Source: Pirellula sp. (GTDB taxonomy: Bacteria; Planctomycetota; Planctomycetia; Pirellulales; Pirellulaceae). Taken from it: 64,000 nt of DNA. Each line of letters starts with the position of its first letter. Position 1 is the stretch's first letter. The notes under the pieces are model-generated. The model saw only the letters and a list, made by a program, of their open reading frames with translations. It made no database searches and had not been told where the DNA came from. Both the position numbers and the translations under genes were made by a program. The DNA lies in assembly GCA_041752005.1 (NCBI GenBank), contig JBGSHV010000015.1, forward strand, positions 22,765 to 86,764, read 5' to 3'. Below, piece after piece: positions 9,348-18,521 of this stretch.

Positions 9348-10874
9348 CTATTGGTTACGCGTCAGGGTCGCAATAACGGCCCGCTGGTCCAAACGATTCA
9401 GGGTTCCGATGATTTTACCTTCAGGCAGCGCGATGACGATGGTTCCGTTGAGTTCGAGTGGAACGGAAATCGAGGGATCGACCAGCCAACCTTGGTCGAC
9501 CCGCGTTAATCGGCCGGCGTCCAGGATGATGCTGGTGGATGCATCGGGGCCGATCAGGAGTAAGTCCGATGGGCAACGTTCGCCATCGATGGCTTCGAGC
9601 ACCGCGAACGGGTTGGTCGCCGAGGGCCGAACGATTGAAGAAGGCACAGAGATCGGATACGCCATCCGAACCAGTGTTCCACCGTCGCTCAATGGCATCG
9701 AAGCCATCGGAGGTTGGCTGGGCTGGGATGCGCCCGCTACCTCGAGGATGGCGGAATTCGCGATCCGCGCGTCGGGAGGAATCGCAAAGTCTCCGCGGCA
9801 GACCAACGAATTGTCATCGAGCAAAACAGCCCAACCATGCGTTTGCTTGCTGCGCGTGAAGCCAAAGGATTTCTCCTTCCATCGCAGGGCCGTTCGTTGG
9901 ACTTGAGGAGTCCTCAATTGCATGCGTTCCCACACGGCGCCGAAGGGGAGTGAGGGTTGCCAAGCGAGCCATTCTTCGAGCGGATCATGGTTGAGTTCAA
10001 AGCGTGCGCCGGTGCTGATCAGTTCCCCTTTGGAATCGGGAGTGGCGAACTCAATTCCTCCATAAAGGATTTCTCCCAAACTATCTCCTTCGAGTCGAAT
10101 TCCTCCGAGACCGACATCCAGACGCCAGCCGCTGCGCACCCAAAACTTGGAGTTGGAACGCACCAATTCATGATACTCCGGATCGATTGCGCAACGCACG
10201 ATCACGCTTCGCGCGTCGCTGGCCAGTCCAACGCTCAGCACATCTCCAACGCGAAAACCTCGATGCAAAATGGGTGCACCACTTTCCAGACCATAGCGCT
10301 TTAAGGAATCCAGTACGATTTCGATGGCTCCGTTGCGGGCATCGACGGTGGGAGGAGATTCCAGGCCGATGAAGCGCACGGTCGCAGAACTTGAACCTTG
10401 CCCGGGTTCCATCGCGATGTACTTTGGACCGATGATGGTCTCCAATCCTCGGACCGCTTCGAGCGAAACAACCGGCCTCGCAATCCAAAAGGATGTGCCC
10501 TCGGTAATGACCGTTCGGGCTTCCGAAGACAATCGTACCCCGACCGTAATTCCAGTCGGATTGGTTCGCAGTGTGATGGATTCCACGCGACCGATTTCGA
10601 TCCCTCGGAAGCGCAGGGAATCAGCGGTTTGCAATCCATACCCTTGTTCAAACTCGATCTCGATCCACTCGCCGCGTGAACGATAAGCATTGTAAAACAG
10701 CCCGACGCTCAACAACGCGCAGGCCAAGGTCAGGAGCCAAACCGCACTTGGCCATCGCCGCCGATTCGGCAGAACAATCGCGTGAGGAATGCAGTCTGAG
10801 GACACCACCTCAACGGCGGATTCGCTAGGAATGGATGGTTCGTGGTTTGAATCAGACGTCGGATTGGAAGGCAT
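9348..10874 (-). CDS. MCE/MlaD-domain protein (PqiB-like, N-terminal membrane anchor)
   Basis: TM anchor WPSAVWLLTLACALLSVGLFY, followed by at least two MCE-type modules (SLRFRGIEIGRVESITL...SFWIARP and ILHRGFRVGDVLSVGL...KFWVRSG). Confidence 0.8.
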   Translation of the reverse strand: MPSNPTSDSNHEPSIPSESAVEVVSSDCIPHAIVLPNRRRWPSAVWLLTLACALLSVGLFYNAYRSRGEWIEIEFEQGYGLQTADSLRFRGIEIGRVESITLRTNPTGITVGVRLSSEARTVITEGTSFWIARPVVSLEAVRGLETIIGPKYIAMEPGQGSSSATVRFIGLESPPTVDARNGAIEIVLDSLKRYGLESGAPILHRGFRVGDVLSVGLASDARSVIVRCAIDPEYHELVRSNSKFWVRSGWRLDVGLGGIRLEGDSLGEILYGGIEFATPDSKGELISTGARFELNHDPLEEWLAWQPSLPFGAVWERMQLRTPQVQRTALRWKEKSFGFTRSKQTHGWAVLLDDNSLVCRGDFAIPPDARIANSAILEVAGASQPSQPPMASMPLSDGGTLVRMAYPISVPSSIVRPSATNPFAVLEAIDGERCPSDLLLIGPDASTSIILDAGRLTRVDQGWLVDPSISVPLELNGTIVIALPEGKIIGTLNRLDQRAVIATLTRNQ

Positions 10875-10917
10875 GTCGCGCGGTTTTGCAAAGGAGGATT
10901 GCTACCGGCGGAGACGA

Positions 10918-13092
10918 TCAAGCCGCGTTGCGGTCGTTGCCTTGCTGGCGACGCATTCGTTTGCGTTCCGCTTTGGACAGCGGACGCGAATCGGACGCAT
11001 CGTCGTCATCGTCGTTGGCCGATGGCTGTTGCCACGAAGTATTGGCGGGTTTGGTACTCGGTAAGGGCGCGTTGGAATTGGAAATCGGTTTCGGAGCCTG
11101 CGTGACGGAGGACGACTGATTGGCGGACGGAGACTTGTTCACCACAGGCTGCGGTTTTCCAGAGGAGTTCGTCTCCACTGGCGGTTTCAATTTTAGTCCA
11201 TCGAACCAACCAGAAAGTTTCGCGGCTCCCAGCATCGAAGTCCATCGCGATTTAGGTTTTTCGGACTCGGTTGCCGTTGTCTTGGACGTCGCAACTGCCG
11301 GTTTCGCGGTAGGAGTCACAGGTTTGGGTTTGGCCTCGAGCGACTTCGCATCGGTGGACTTGTGGCCGGACGCTTCCATCTCCCCGCTCGGTTTGGCCCG
11401 GCGCAGAGTGGGAATCCATCGACGGGTTGCAGAAGTTTTGCTTTCGGAGGAGTGCTCCGTTCCGGATTGGGTGGCCGGCGCGGTTCTTGCGAGCGGCGCG
11501 GACTTCTGAGCCTTTGAGGTGACGCCCGAAGGCGTAACGGCTGGAACCGCCTCGCGATTGCCACCCAAACCAAACCAACCGGGTTTTTTGGTCAGACCGA
11601 TATCGATCGCTTCTCCATCATCCTCGCTCAATGGTTCATCGATCAGTTCTTCATTGATCTCAGTGCGACTTGGGAGCCAACCCAGCATTCGATTGCGGCG
11701 TTTGGTGTCCGTCGATCCATCGTCAACCTTGGCCGTCGGAGCGTGTTTTGTTTTTGATTTCTGGGCGGGTACGCTTCGCTCATCTTCATCATCATCGACG
11801 TCTTGCCCGTCCGCAGTCGCCGCTCGATTCCGCCAGAACATCCATTTGCTTCGTTTGCGGTCGTCGCTCCCATCGCGTTGCATTGGAACCGAATCCAATA
11901 CATTCTCGTCTTCCTCTTTTCCATTCTTCGAACGGACGGAAACGCGCGGATCGAGGCTATCCTCGTCTCGCGTGCGCGACCAAGGCATGGACGGCATGCG
12001 GATGGCGAAACCGCCTGATCCCATGACGGATCGTTCGAGGAATCGCTTTTGTGCATGGATGTAGCAATGCCTTAAGAACATGCCCGCGGCTTGAAACACG
12101 GCCAATACCCCACCCAGCCAACAGCCCCCAACCACCATGTCGATGGTTCCGACATTCCACTGCAGCTTGAGAAGTCCCGTGCCTATCAACGCCGCGCTGG
12201 CCCACGCCAACAAGCCGCCGAACCATAGCACAACGGCTGTCGGCGTGGCTTTCAATTCGGACGACAGGCGAACGCCCAATAGAGCTACAAGCGATGCATA
12301 CGCGGCAAGGATCAAAGGCCATCCGCCGTATCCAATTTCACGACGCGTCCATCCGTCGATGGTTTGCCCCAGTAAGTACAGGGCAGAGGTCGACCCATCG
12401 AAGCTTGAGAAGACGGCTACGAGCGTGAGCAGAATCCAGATCCGATACTTGGCTCGATAATCATCCAACTTGTGCTGCCGGATGCGGTAGATCGTCCAAG
12501 CCACGATGGCCGTCAGGGCCCAGAGCTGACTGGTCATCCAATTGGCGATGCTATGCGGACTGCGCAAGTCCAGCAGTTGAAGAATCAAGATAGGTGAGCG
12601 CCCAGCCGGATTGCCGCGTACGTGAAACCAATAGTGGCAAACGAGGAGAAGGGCCCACATCGACCACATCACCCCGAGCGTGATCGTTAACGCACCCGTG
12701 CGGATAGGGATGAGTTGCACCATACGCTGTTGGCAAGTGCGACGGACCGATTGGCTATAGCCAGGGTCTCGGTAGCCGGTGGAAATTGTTTTGGATTCTT
12801 CTTCGACAGGCGTGCGCCGCGCGCGGCGTTGGGCCCGCGCCGACTCGACGGCAAAATCGGAATCGGCCGCGATGGATTCGCGGATGACGCGGCGACGACG
12901 GTCGTTTCGAGGGGACGAAGAAAACGGCATGGCGGCTCGCAGGTCTCTACGCAATGCGAGCAACCAACCCACCATCCTCCACCTTCGTTCTCCAGCACCC
13001 GACGCCCCGGAAAAACGCTGGATCGTTTCGAGCCCTCGCCAGGAAACTGAATCGCAGTTTGCAGGGCTTGGGTCAAGACCAACCGCAGGCAT
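10918..13092 (-). CDS. Polytopic membrane protein with a long Lys/Pro/Ser/Thr-rich disordered C-terminal tail (hypothetical)
   Basis: Several hydrophobic helices lie in residues ~130-350 (e.g. LTITLGVMWSMWALLLVCHYW, WPLILAAYASLVALLGV). They are followed by ~330 aa of low complexity ending in a basic KAERKRMRRQQ motif. The gene is co-directional with the MCE gene and 43 nt upstream of it. The start is uncertain (13092 or ATG 12930). Confidence 0.6.
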   Translation of the reverse strand: MPAVGLDPSPANCDSVSWRGLETIQRFSGASGAGERRWRMVGWLLALRRDLRAAMPFSSSPRNDRRRRVIRESIAADSDFAVESARAQRRARRTPVEEESKTISTGYRDPGYSQSVRRTCQQRMVQLIPIRTGALTITLGVMWSMWALLLVCHYWFHVRGNPAGRSPILILQLLDLRSPHSIANWMTSQLWALTAIVAWTIYRIRQHKLDDYRAKYRIWILLTLVAVFSSFDGSTSALYLLGQTIDGWTRREIGYGGWPLILAAYASLVALLGVRLSSELKATPTAVVLWFGGLLAWASAALIGTGLLKLQWNVGTIDMVVGGCWLGGVLAVFQAAGMFLRHCYIHAQKRFLERSVMGSGGFAIRMPSMPWSRTRDEDSLDPRVSVRSKNGKEEDENVLDSVPMQRDGSDDRKRSKWMFWRNRAATADGQDVDDDEDERSVPAQKSKTKHAPTAKVDDGSTDTKRRNRMLGWLPSRTEINEELIDEPLSEDDGEAIDIGLTKKPGWFGLGGNREAVPAVTPSGVTSKAQKSAPLARTAPATQSGTEHSSESKTSATRRWIPTLRRAKPSGEMEASGHKSTDAKSLEAKPKPVTPTAKPAVATSKTTATESEKPKSRWTSMLGAAKLSGWFDGLKLKPPVETNSSGKPQPVVNKSPSANQSSSVTQAPKPISNSNAPLPSTKPANTSWQQPSANDDDDDASDSRPLSKAERKRMRRQQGNDRNAA

Positions 13093-13113
13093 CGAAAAAT
13101 TCCAAAAGACCTC

Positions 13114-13155
13114 TTGACCACGATCAACAGCACTGTACTATTTAACTAGAACACT
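13114..13155 (+). promoter_or_regulatory. Sigma70-like promoter (TTGACC-N16-TACTAT), overlapped by an imperfect 24-bp palindrome that is a candidate YtrA operator
   Basis: TTGACC at 13114-13119 and TACTAT at 13136-13141. ACTGTACTATTTAACTAGAACACT (13132-13155) pairs at 9 of 12 positions with its reverse complement. It lies ~25 nt upstream of the GntR start. Confidence 0.45.
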
Positions 13156-13180
13156 AAGGCACTTGCGAAGGGAGCGGGGG

Positions 13181-13606
13181 ATGTTCTTTTCAATCGATCC
13201 GAGCAACGGGGTTGCGATCTACGAACAGATCGTCCGACAGGTCAAATTTGGAGTGGCTCAAGGGGTATTGATCCCCGGCCAGCTGCTGCCCAGTGTTCGT
13301 ACGCTGGGAATCAAACTGGCGATCAACCCCAACACGATTTCCAAGGCCTTTGCGCAATTGCAAAACGATGGCGTCGTTGAATCACTTCGAGGCCGCGGTT
13401 TGGCGGTGCGACCGGAAGCGGTCGAAGCCTGCCGTATCGAACGGCGCATCCTGCTCGAAGATCGTATCCGCGGTGCAATCACCGAAGCCTTGCACGGGGG
13501 CATGAGTGCCCGGCAGGTCAAGCAACTGGTGCTCTCTCAGATCGAACAGTTGGACGGCCAGGTGGCAACGGTATCGAGTTCCGCAACGGAAACGGAGCCA
13601 GTCTAG
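13181..13606 (+). CDS. GntR-family transcriptional regulator, YtrA-like subfamily
   Basis: AIYEQIVRQVKFGVAQGVLIPGQLLPSVRTLGIKLAINPNTISKAFAQLQNDGVVESLRGRGLAV is a winged-helix GntR signature followed by a short helical C-terminal tail. GGGAGCGGGGG lies upstream of ATG 13181. Confidence 0.88.
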   Translation: MFFSIDPSNGVAIYEQIVRQVKFGVAQGVLIPGQLLPSVRTLGIKLAINPNTISKAFAQLQNDGVVESLRGRGLAVRPEAVEACRIERRILLEDRIRGAITEALHGGMSARQVKQLVLSQIEQLDGQVATVSSSATETEPV

Positions 13607-13652
13607 GCTCGGTTACCAACCTTTTCACTTTTCTGCTTTCATTACCGATCGC

Positions 13653-14630
13653 ATGGGATTCAAGATGAGTGACGTGATCCATATCCAAAATCTGGAGATG
13701 CACTTCCGCGGCTGCGATGCACTGCGTGGTGTCGACCTGCAGGTCAAGGCCGGTACAGTCTTCGCACTTCTCGGCGAGAACGGGGCTGGCAAAACGACGC
13801 TGATACGTATCCTGACAGGATTTCAAAAGCCATCGGCTGGGCAATGCCTTGTCCTTGGACTGGATCCTACCAAGAGTGATCAATGCCAATCGTTGCGACA
13901 GCGGACGGGATACGTGTCCGATGCGCCGGCCCTGTACGATTGGATGAACGTGGGAGAAATCGGATGGTTCGCGTCGGCGTTTTACGCTCTGGGGTTTGCG
14001 GATCGCTACCGCGATGCGGTCGAGCACTATCAGTTACCGTTGGATCGCAAGATCAAGAACCTTAGTAAAGGTCAGCGAGCCAAGGTCGCACTCGCACTGG
14101 CATTGGCTCATGAACCGGAACTCTTGATCCTCGATGAACCGACCTCGGGCTTGGACCCGATCGTTCGTCGCGAGTTTTTGGAGAGCATGATCGCAGTGGC
14201 CGCGACAGGTCGAACGGTCTTCTTATCGAGCCATCAGATCGCCGAGGTCGAACGGGTGGCCGACGTCATCGCAATCCTGAATCGCGGGCGGATCCAGTTG
14301 GTTGGCAAATTGGACGAACTCAAGGATGCGATCTCGATGGTCACGTTGTCCCTGTCGGATCCGCTCGTATCGGTACCCGAACCTGCGTCACCCAACGTTC
14401 TGTTAGCAGAAATCTCCGAAGGCAGGCAGAAGCAACTCGTCGTCCGAGGAGATGGAGAAAGCGTCGCCGAACAATGGCTTGATTGTCCAGGCGTGGTCCA
14501 TGCCCAGTCGCGTCCGGCCACGCTCGAGGAATTGTTCGTGGCATGCACGCGAGGCAACGCCGAAGGCGCACGATCGACTGGTGTTTCCGATGCTCCCTAT
14601 CGCACCACGATGGAGTCGCAACCGTCATGA
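13653..14630 (+). CDS. ABC transporter ATP-binding protein
   Basis: Walker A GENGAGKTT, signature LSKGQRAKV, Walker B LLILDEPTSGLD, H-loop SSHQ. The start is ATG 13653 or 13665. The ORF-track extension to 13506 overlaps the GntR gene and is rejected. Confidence 0.9.
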   Translation: MGFKMSDVIHIQNLEMHFRGCDALRGVDLQVKAGTVFALLGENGAGKTTLIRILTGFQKPSAGQCLVLGLDPTKSDQCQSLRQRTGYVSDAPALYDWMNVGEIGWFASAFYALGFADRYRDAVEHYQLPLDRKIKNLSKGQRAKVALALALAHEPELLILDEPTSGLDPIVRREFLESMIAVAATGRTVFLSSHQIAEVERVADVIAILNRGRIQLVGKLDELKDAISMVTLSLSDPLVSVPEPASPNVLLAEISEGRQKQLVVRGDGESVAEQWLDCPGVVHAQSRPATLEELFVACTRGNAEGARSTGVSDAPYRTTMESQPS

Positions 14631-17161
14631 ATCAACCATCGATCGCCGTCGCATTGGCCTGGAAAGATTTTCGACAAATTCGACCGTTGATCCTGACCGT
14701 ACTTGGGTTGGGGTTCCTTCTCAACATCCTGTTCGTCGCGGTCCCCCCGATCGCCGACCGAGCCATTCTGGCACTACCATTTGTATTCCTGGTGATACCG
14801 ATGGTCTTTGCGACCGGAGTCGGCGTTCTCTTGGTGGGTCATGAAAAGGACCAGCGAACACTGGGCTGGTTGCGCACCCACCCGATCCCAGCCCAGCGCA
14901 TCGCGAGTTCCAAACTTTTTGTCTCTTGCGGCAGTCTGTTGATGGTTTGGATCGCCAGCCTGCTCATCGATTGGATCATGTGGCAGTTTTTTGTTGGAGT
15001 CCAGCCTGGGGTGGCTGTGTTTTTGGACAGAGTTCTCGAAAATCCATTCGTGCTGGTTGTCTTCCCATGCCTTTCTTTATTCATGACCCTTGCCGGGCTA
15101 GGGCTCGCATGGCATTGTTCGTCATCACGGAATGCTCTGATGATGCTCATTGCCTGCTGCTTGATGGTTCTGATCGTGAATCTGATTGTCGAAAGGTTCC
15201 TTCAGATCCAAGTTAGCAATTTTTCGGATCGCGTCGGCTGGTCCATGGTTTGGTTTACCGTTGTGATCGGGAGCAACACTCTCATCGCGTTGGTGCTCGG
15301 ATGGTATGCCAGTCAACGGTATCTCAGTCCGCAGCGAGCGCCTCGCTCATGGGAAATAACGCCTTGGAGTTCGACACCCTGGAATTTGTCAAGATTGAGT
15401 GCGGCACGAAGTAGTGCGGCACGAAGTAGTACGGAACGACGTAGAACGGCAACGTGGAGTGCATCATCGAGCCTCCGTACTTCCGTGGACGCGTTGGCCT
15501 TTCCGATCGTCCCTCCGACGCCCGCCTTGGTATGGCAATTCGCCATTCAAAATCGGCTCACATTGATCGCAGTTTTGGGATTCCTGGTAGTCGCCATCGC
15601 TTCCACCGCCGCGTTCCCTTTCTCGGAGCCGTATCCGGCACCCATGGTCGAATACATTTCACCCTATCTGCAATTGCTGATCGTGCTGGCGTGGATTGCA
15701 TGCTGCTGGCTCGGATGCACCGTGTTTCAAGGGGACAATCTCGGAGATCGGATCCGTTTCTTGGCCGATCGGGGTGTATCACCCGGCCGCGTGTGGTGGT
15801 CACGCGTTTGGATTCCGATCGTCCTGATCGTGTTGGCGTGTTCATTTCGCATGGGCATGCGCGCCCTGCATGCCGAACCGTTGGATCGGACGGCGACCAT
15901 GCTCATCCGTGATTTTTTCCTCTTTCTCGGGGGAGGACTAGCGATCGTGATCGCTTGTCAATGGCTCGCACAATGCATCAAGAGCACCGTGGTCAGTTCG
16001 GTTGTAGCGCCCATCTTTGTATTCGTATTGTTGATTTATGGAATGTTTTGTGTATTGAACATGGAAGCCCCATGGTGGTTGTTGCCAGCCCCCATTCTCC
16101 TCTTAGGGATCGCCACCCGTTTGCAAATGAAGGCCTGGATGGATCGTGCCCTGAACCGAACCTATTACGCCATCCATGGCAGCTTCCTTGCCACGGGTCT
16201 GCTCATTCCGATCCTCCCGGGCCTGTGGTCGATCATGACACTGCCGAGCATGCCGCAGGAGATACGACGCGAACTCGAAGAGAAAACGCTGCAGGTAGGG
16301 ACCGATGGTCATTCCCTTTATAACAACGAGTCCATTGAAGTGAGATTCAATGAAAGCAGTGGCATCCGAACGGCCGAATATTCGCTTCGCTTCAATGACG
16401 AAAAACGCGCCCGAAAAATCGAGAACATCAAGCATGCAGTGCATCCTTTGAAGGAGACTCGTCTGAGTCGACGTGACTCTTGTCAATTCCTACTTTCTGA
16501 GTTGACGCTGAGTCGCACAGCCCTAGATTTCGAGCCGAGCGACGCCCACCGTGATCGCTATCGAGAGCTATTCGCCGGAACCTTGACGGCAATTGAGGAC
16601 ATGCGGGCCGCCCACCGACTTAAAGAGCTGGATCTTTCAGAGATGCTGGAGATCGCACTGCTGCGCGAATTTCGAAGTTCCTCAATACGAATCGATTTGG
16701 GGGATGCACTGCATGCACGGGCGATCGCGATACTGGCCGATGCTAGCGGGCGAGATGAAAGTCGACGTAGAGCGTTGGCGGCCGACTGGTCCCGTCCAAA
16801 GTCGGTGAACGGAGCGACCGGAGTCAACGCAAACGACAGGTTGGGAGGTTACTATTTAGGCTATCAGCCAACTGGAAGTTTCCCAGCCATGGCGCGCGTG
16901 GCTCGCCGTCGCGACCTCTTGATATCGAAGCTCTGGAAATTGCTGCGTGCAAAACCCGGCAATAGCTCATCGTCGGAACATCGAGCGCTTTCGAGCTTCG
17001 AGAGGGATTCTCGAATCACCTCGGACAGCTTCCCTGGCTTCGTTTGGGTCGACCAAGCGGATGTGTATGGCGAGCCTGGGATGCACTGGCGAGGCGAATG
17101 GGAAATCGAGGCCAGCGAACTGGCCGATCGACTCACAGCAGATACCAACGCAAGTCCTTGA
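14627..17161 (+). CDS. Fused double ABC-2-type permease with an extra ~280-aa C-terminal soluble domain
   Basis: ATGA start/stop overlap with the ATPase gene at 14627-14630. There are two hydrophobic multi-TM blocks, each carrying the ABC-2-like loop motif (GHEKDQRTLGWLRTHPIPAQRIASSK and FQGDNLGDRIRFLADRGVSPGRVWWSR). They are joined by a SAARS-type repeat linker. A non-hydrophobic tail runs from ~residue 560. Confidence 0.75.
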   Translation: MNQPSIAVALAWKDFRQIRPLILTVLGLGFLLNILFVAVPPIADRAILALPFVFLVIPMVFATGVGVLLVGHEKDQRTLGWLRTHPIPAQRIASSKLFVSCGSLLMVWIASLLIDWIMWQFFVGVQPGVAVFLDRVLENPFVLVVFPCLSLFMTLAGLGLAWHCSSSRNALMMLIACCLMVLIVNLIVERFLQIQVSNFSDRVGWSMVWFTVVIGSNTLIALVLGWYASQRYLSPQRAPRSWEITPWSSTPWNLSRLSAARSSAARSSTERRRTATWSASSSLRTSVDALAFPIVPPTPALVWQFAIQNRLTLIAVLGFLVVAIASTAAFPFSEPYPAPMVEYISPYLQLLIVLAWIACCWLGCTVFQGDNLGDRIRFLADRGVSPGRVWWSRVWIPIVLIVLACSFRMGMRALHAEPLDRTATMLIRDFFLFLGGGLAIVIACQWLAQCIKSTVVSSVVAPIFVFVLLIYGMFCVLNMEAPWWLLPAPILLLGIATRLQMKAWMDRALNRTYYAIHGSFLATGLLIPILPGLWSIMTLPSMPQEIRRELEEKTLQVGTDGHSLYNNESIEVRFNESSGIRTAEYSLRFNDEKRARKIENIKHAVHPLKETRLSRRDSCQFLLSELTLSRTALDFEPSDAHRDRYRELFAGTLTAIEDMRAAHRLKELDLSEMLEIALLREFRSSSIRIDLGDALHARAIAILADASGRDESRRRALAADWSRPKSVNGATGVNANDRLGGYYLGYQPTGSFPAMARVARRRDLLISKLWKLLRAKPGNSSSSEHRALSSFERDSRITSDSFPGFVWVDQADVYGEPGMHWRGEWEIEASELADRLTADTNASP
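15399..15458 (+). repeat. Four degenerate in-frame 15-bp tandem repeats inside the fused permease gene
   Basis: GTGCGGCACGAAGTA x2, GTACGGAACGACGTA, GAACGGCAACGTGGA. They encode SAARS-SAARS-STERR-RTATW in the linker between the two permease modules. Confidence 0.8.
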
Positions 17162-17178
17162 ACCGAGGAGAACGAACG

Positions 17179-18381
17179 ATGCGTCAACGAGCGACTCAAC
17201 CATGGCCTTATTGGGCATGGGCGGCGGTATGGATAACGGGCGGGCTGGGCTTGTGGATCGTCGGGGTCGCCGTTTTCTGCGCCCAGCGCGAAATGCAGGA
17301 CCGCATCGTGTTGGCCGAAGAGAGCCAAAAGATTCGCCTGAGCTTAGGGTCGGATGCCACGGTGGTCCATTCGATGGCTTGGATGGAGTCGCATGCCTCG
17401 AAAGCGCATACCGAGGAGTGGGGCCGAGTCTTCAATGCGCTCAACGGACCCTTTATCGAGAATCAGTTGGCAAACCTTCAAATGCGCCCCAGCGACGACC
17501 CGAACGATTTGCGCTGGGTTCAGGAGAACAGTCACGGGCCGACTCCGATTCGACAAGTTTGGCAAGTCCATCCCGAATTGCTGCATGATTTTCTTGAGAC
17601 CATCCATCCGTTGATCGAAGAGATTCATCGGCTCTGTCGGGATCCCGAAGTAGTCTTCATCCCTGTGAACGATGAAGCGGATGCATTTCCTGATCCACGC
17701 AATCCTTATCGCGCAGCGCAAGTGATGGTACTCGTGTGCGAGGATGCCATTCTCCGAAGCGATCGCGTCGCCTTGGATCGCGGACTAAGAACGCTGCGCG
17801 CGTTGGATGGTAATTTCAGTTACCCCAGTGAACAGATGGCCGTCCAAAGCGCGGTCGTGCGAACATTGTTTGCAGGCGAATTGCATCGCGGGCTCGACGC
17901 GAACTTGATCGATCCCGAAGAATGGTCCGTCTGGCTGGATCGCCTGAAATCCGATAGCGATTTAGTCGACTTGGTTCGCCGCTGCGAGATATTCAATCGC
18001 AGTCGAACGCTCTCCGGCAACGTTACTTCGATACCGATTTGGAAACCGACCTCCGTTAAGCTATTACTTTTAAAAGAGTCTGCGTCCGCTCCTCCGTCCG
18101 CCATGAATCCCCAATTATTGCAAATGCAGGATTATTGCCAGTCCGCGATGGTGCGGCTGGCGCTCTTGCTGTTTCACCGAGAGAACGATCACCTACCGAC
18201 GAAACTCGACGAGCTACCGCCGGCTATGATCACCCCATGGGATTGGACGAATGCAGTAGGCGTTCAGGTCGAATACCGCTGCGATGCAATGGGAGAAAAG
18301 GCACGGCTTTATCCGTTCCGTTCTGGACATGGCACCTTCGATACCCCAATTCCGCTGTCAGCGCCCATCTCGATTCCTTGA
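17179..18381 (+). CDS. Membrane-anchored hypothetical protein (single N-terminal TM, helical ectodomain)
   Basis: GGAG lies upstream of ATG 17179, 15 nt after the permease stop. N-terminal TM WPYWAWAAVWITGGLGLWIVGVAVF. No recognisable catalytic motif. Confidence 0.65.
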   Translation: MRQRATQPWPYWAWAAVWITGGLGLWIVGVAVFCAQREMQDRIVLAEESQKIRLSLGSDATVVHSMAWMESHASKAHTEEWGRVFNALNGPFIENQLANLQMRPSDDPNDLRWVQENSHGPTPIRQVWQVHPELLHDFLETIHPLIEEIHRLCRDPEVVFIPVNDEADAFPDPRNPYRAAQVMVLVCEDAILRSDRVALDRGLRTLRALDGNFSYPSEQMAVQSAVVRTLFAGELHRGLDANLIDPEEWSVWLDRLKSDSDLVDLVRRCEIFNRSRTLSGNVTSIPIWKPTSVKLLLLKESASAPPSAMNPQLLQMQDYCQSAMVRLALLLFHRENDHLPTKLDELPPAMITPWDWTNAVGVQVEYRCDAMGEKARLYPFRSGHGTFDTPIPLSAPISIP

Positions 18382-18500
18382 AAGGAAAATAAGGGCATGC
18401 TGCGAACGGCGTTCTGCATCCACCTGCCACCCTGCTCGCCAGGCTGGCGGGCTTCGTTGGCCACCTGAAGATCGTCTTCTTTTGTCAACATGGATACCAT

Positions 18501-18521
18501 GCGAGTCTCGGAGAGACTCGC
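18501..18521. other. Perfect 9-bp inverted repeat with a 3-nt loop in a 583-nt gene-free gap
   Basis: GCGAGTCTC-GGA-GAGACTCGC. A second hairpin, CACGACG-N6-CGTCGTG, lies at about 18686-18705. Confidence 0.6.

Noticed and set aside
13506-13652. N-terminal extensions of track ORFs (also 14483-14626, 17044-17178, 40287-40547, 53309-53620, 30400-30555)
   Set aside because: The extensions overlap the preceding, well-supported gene in another frame and are Arg/Ser/Trp-rich. Internal ATGs give canonical N termini (Walker-A spacing, signal peptides, lipoboxes, GntR helix spacing).
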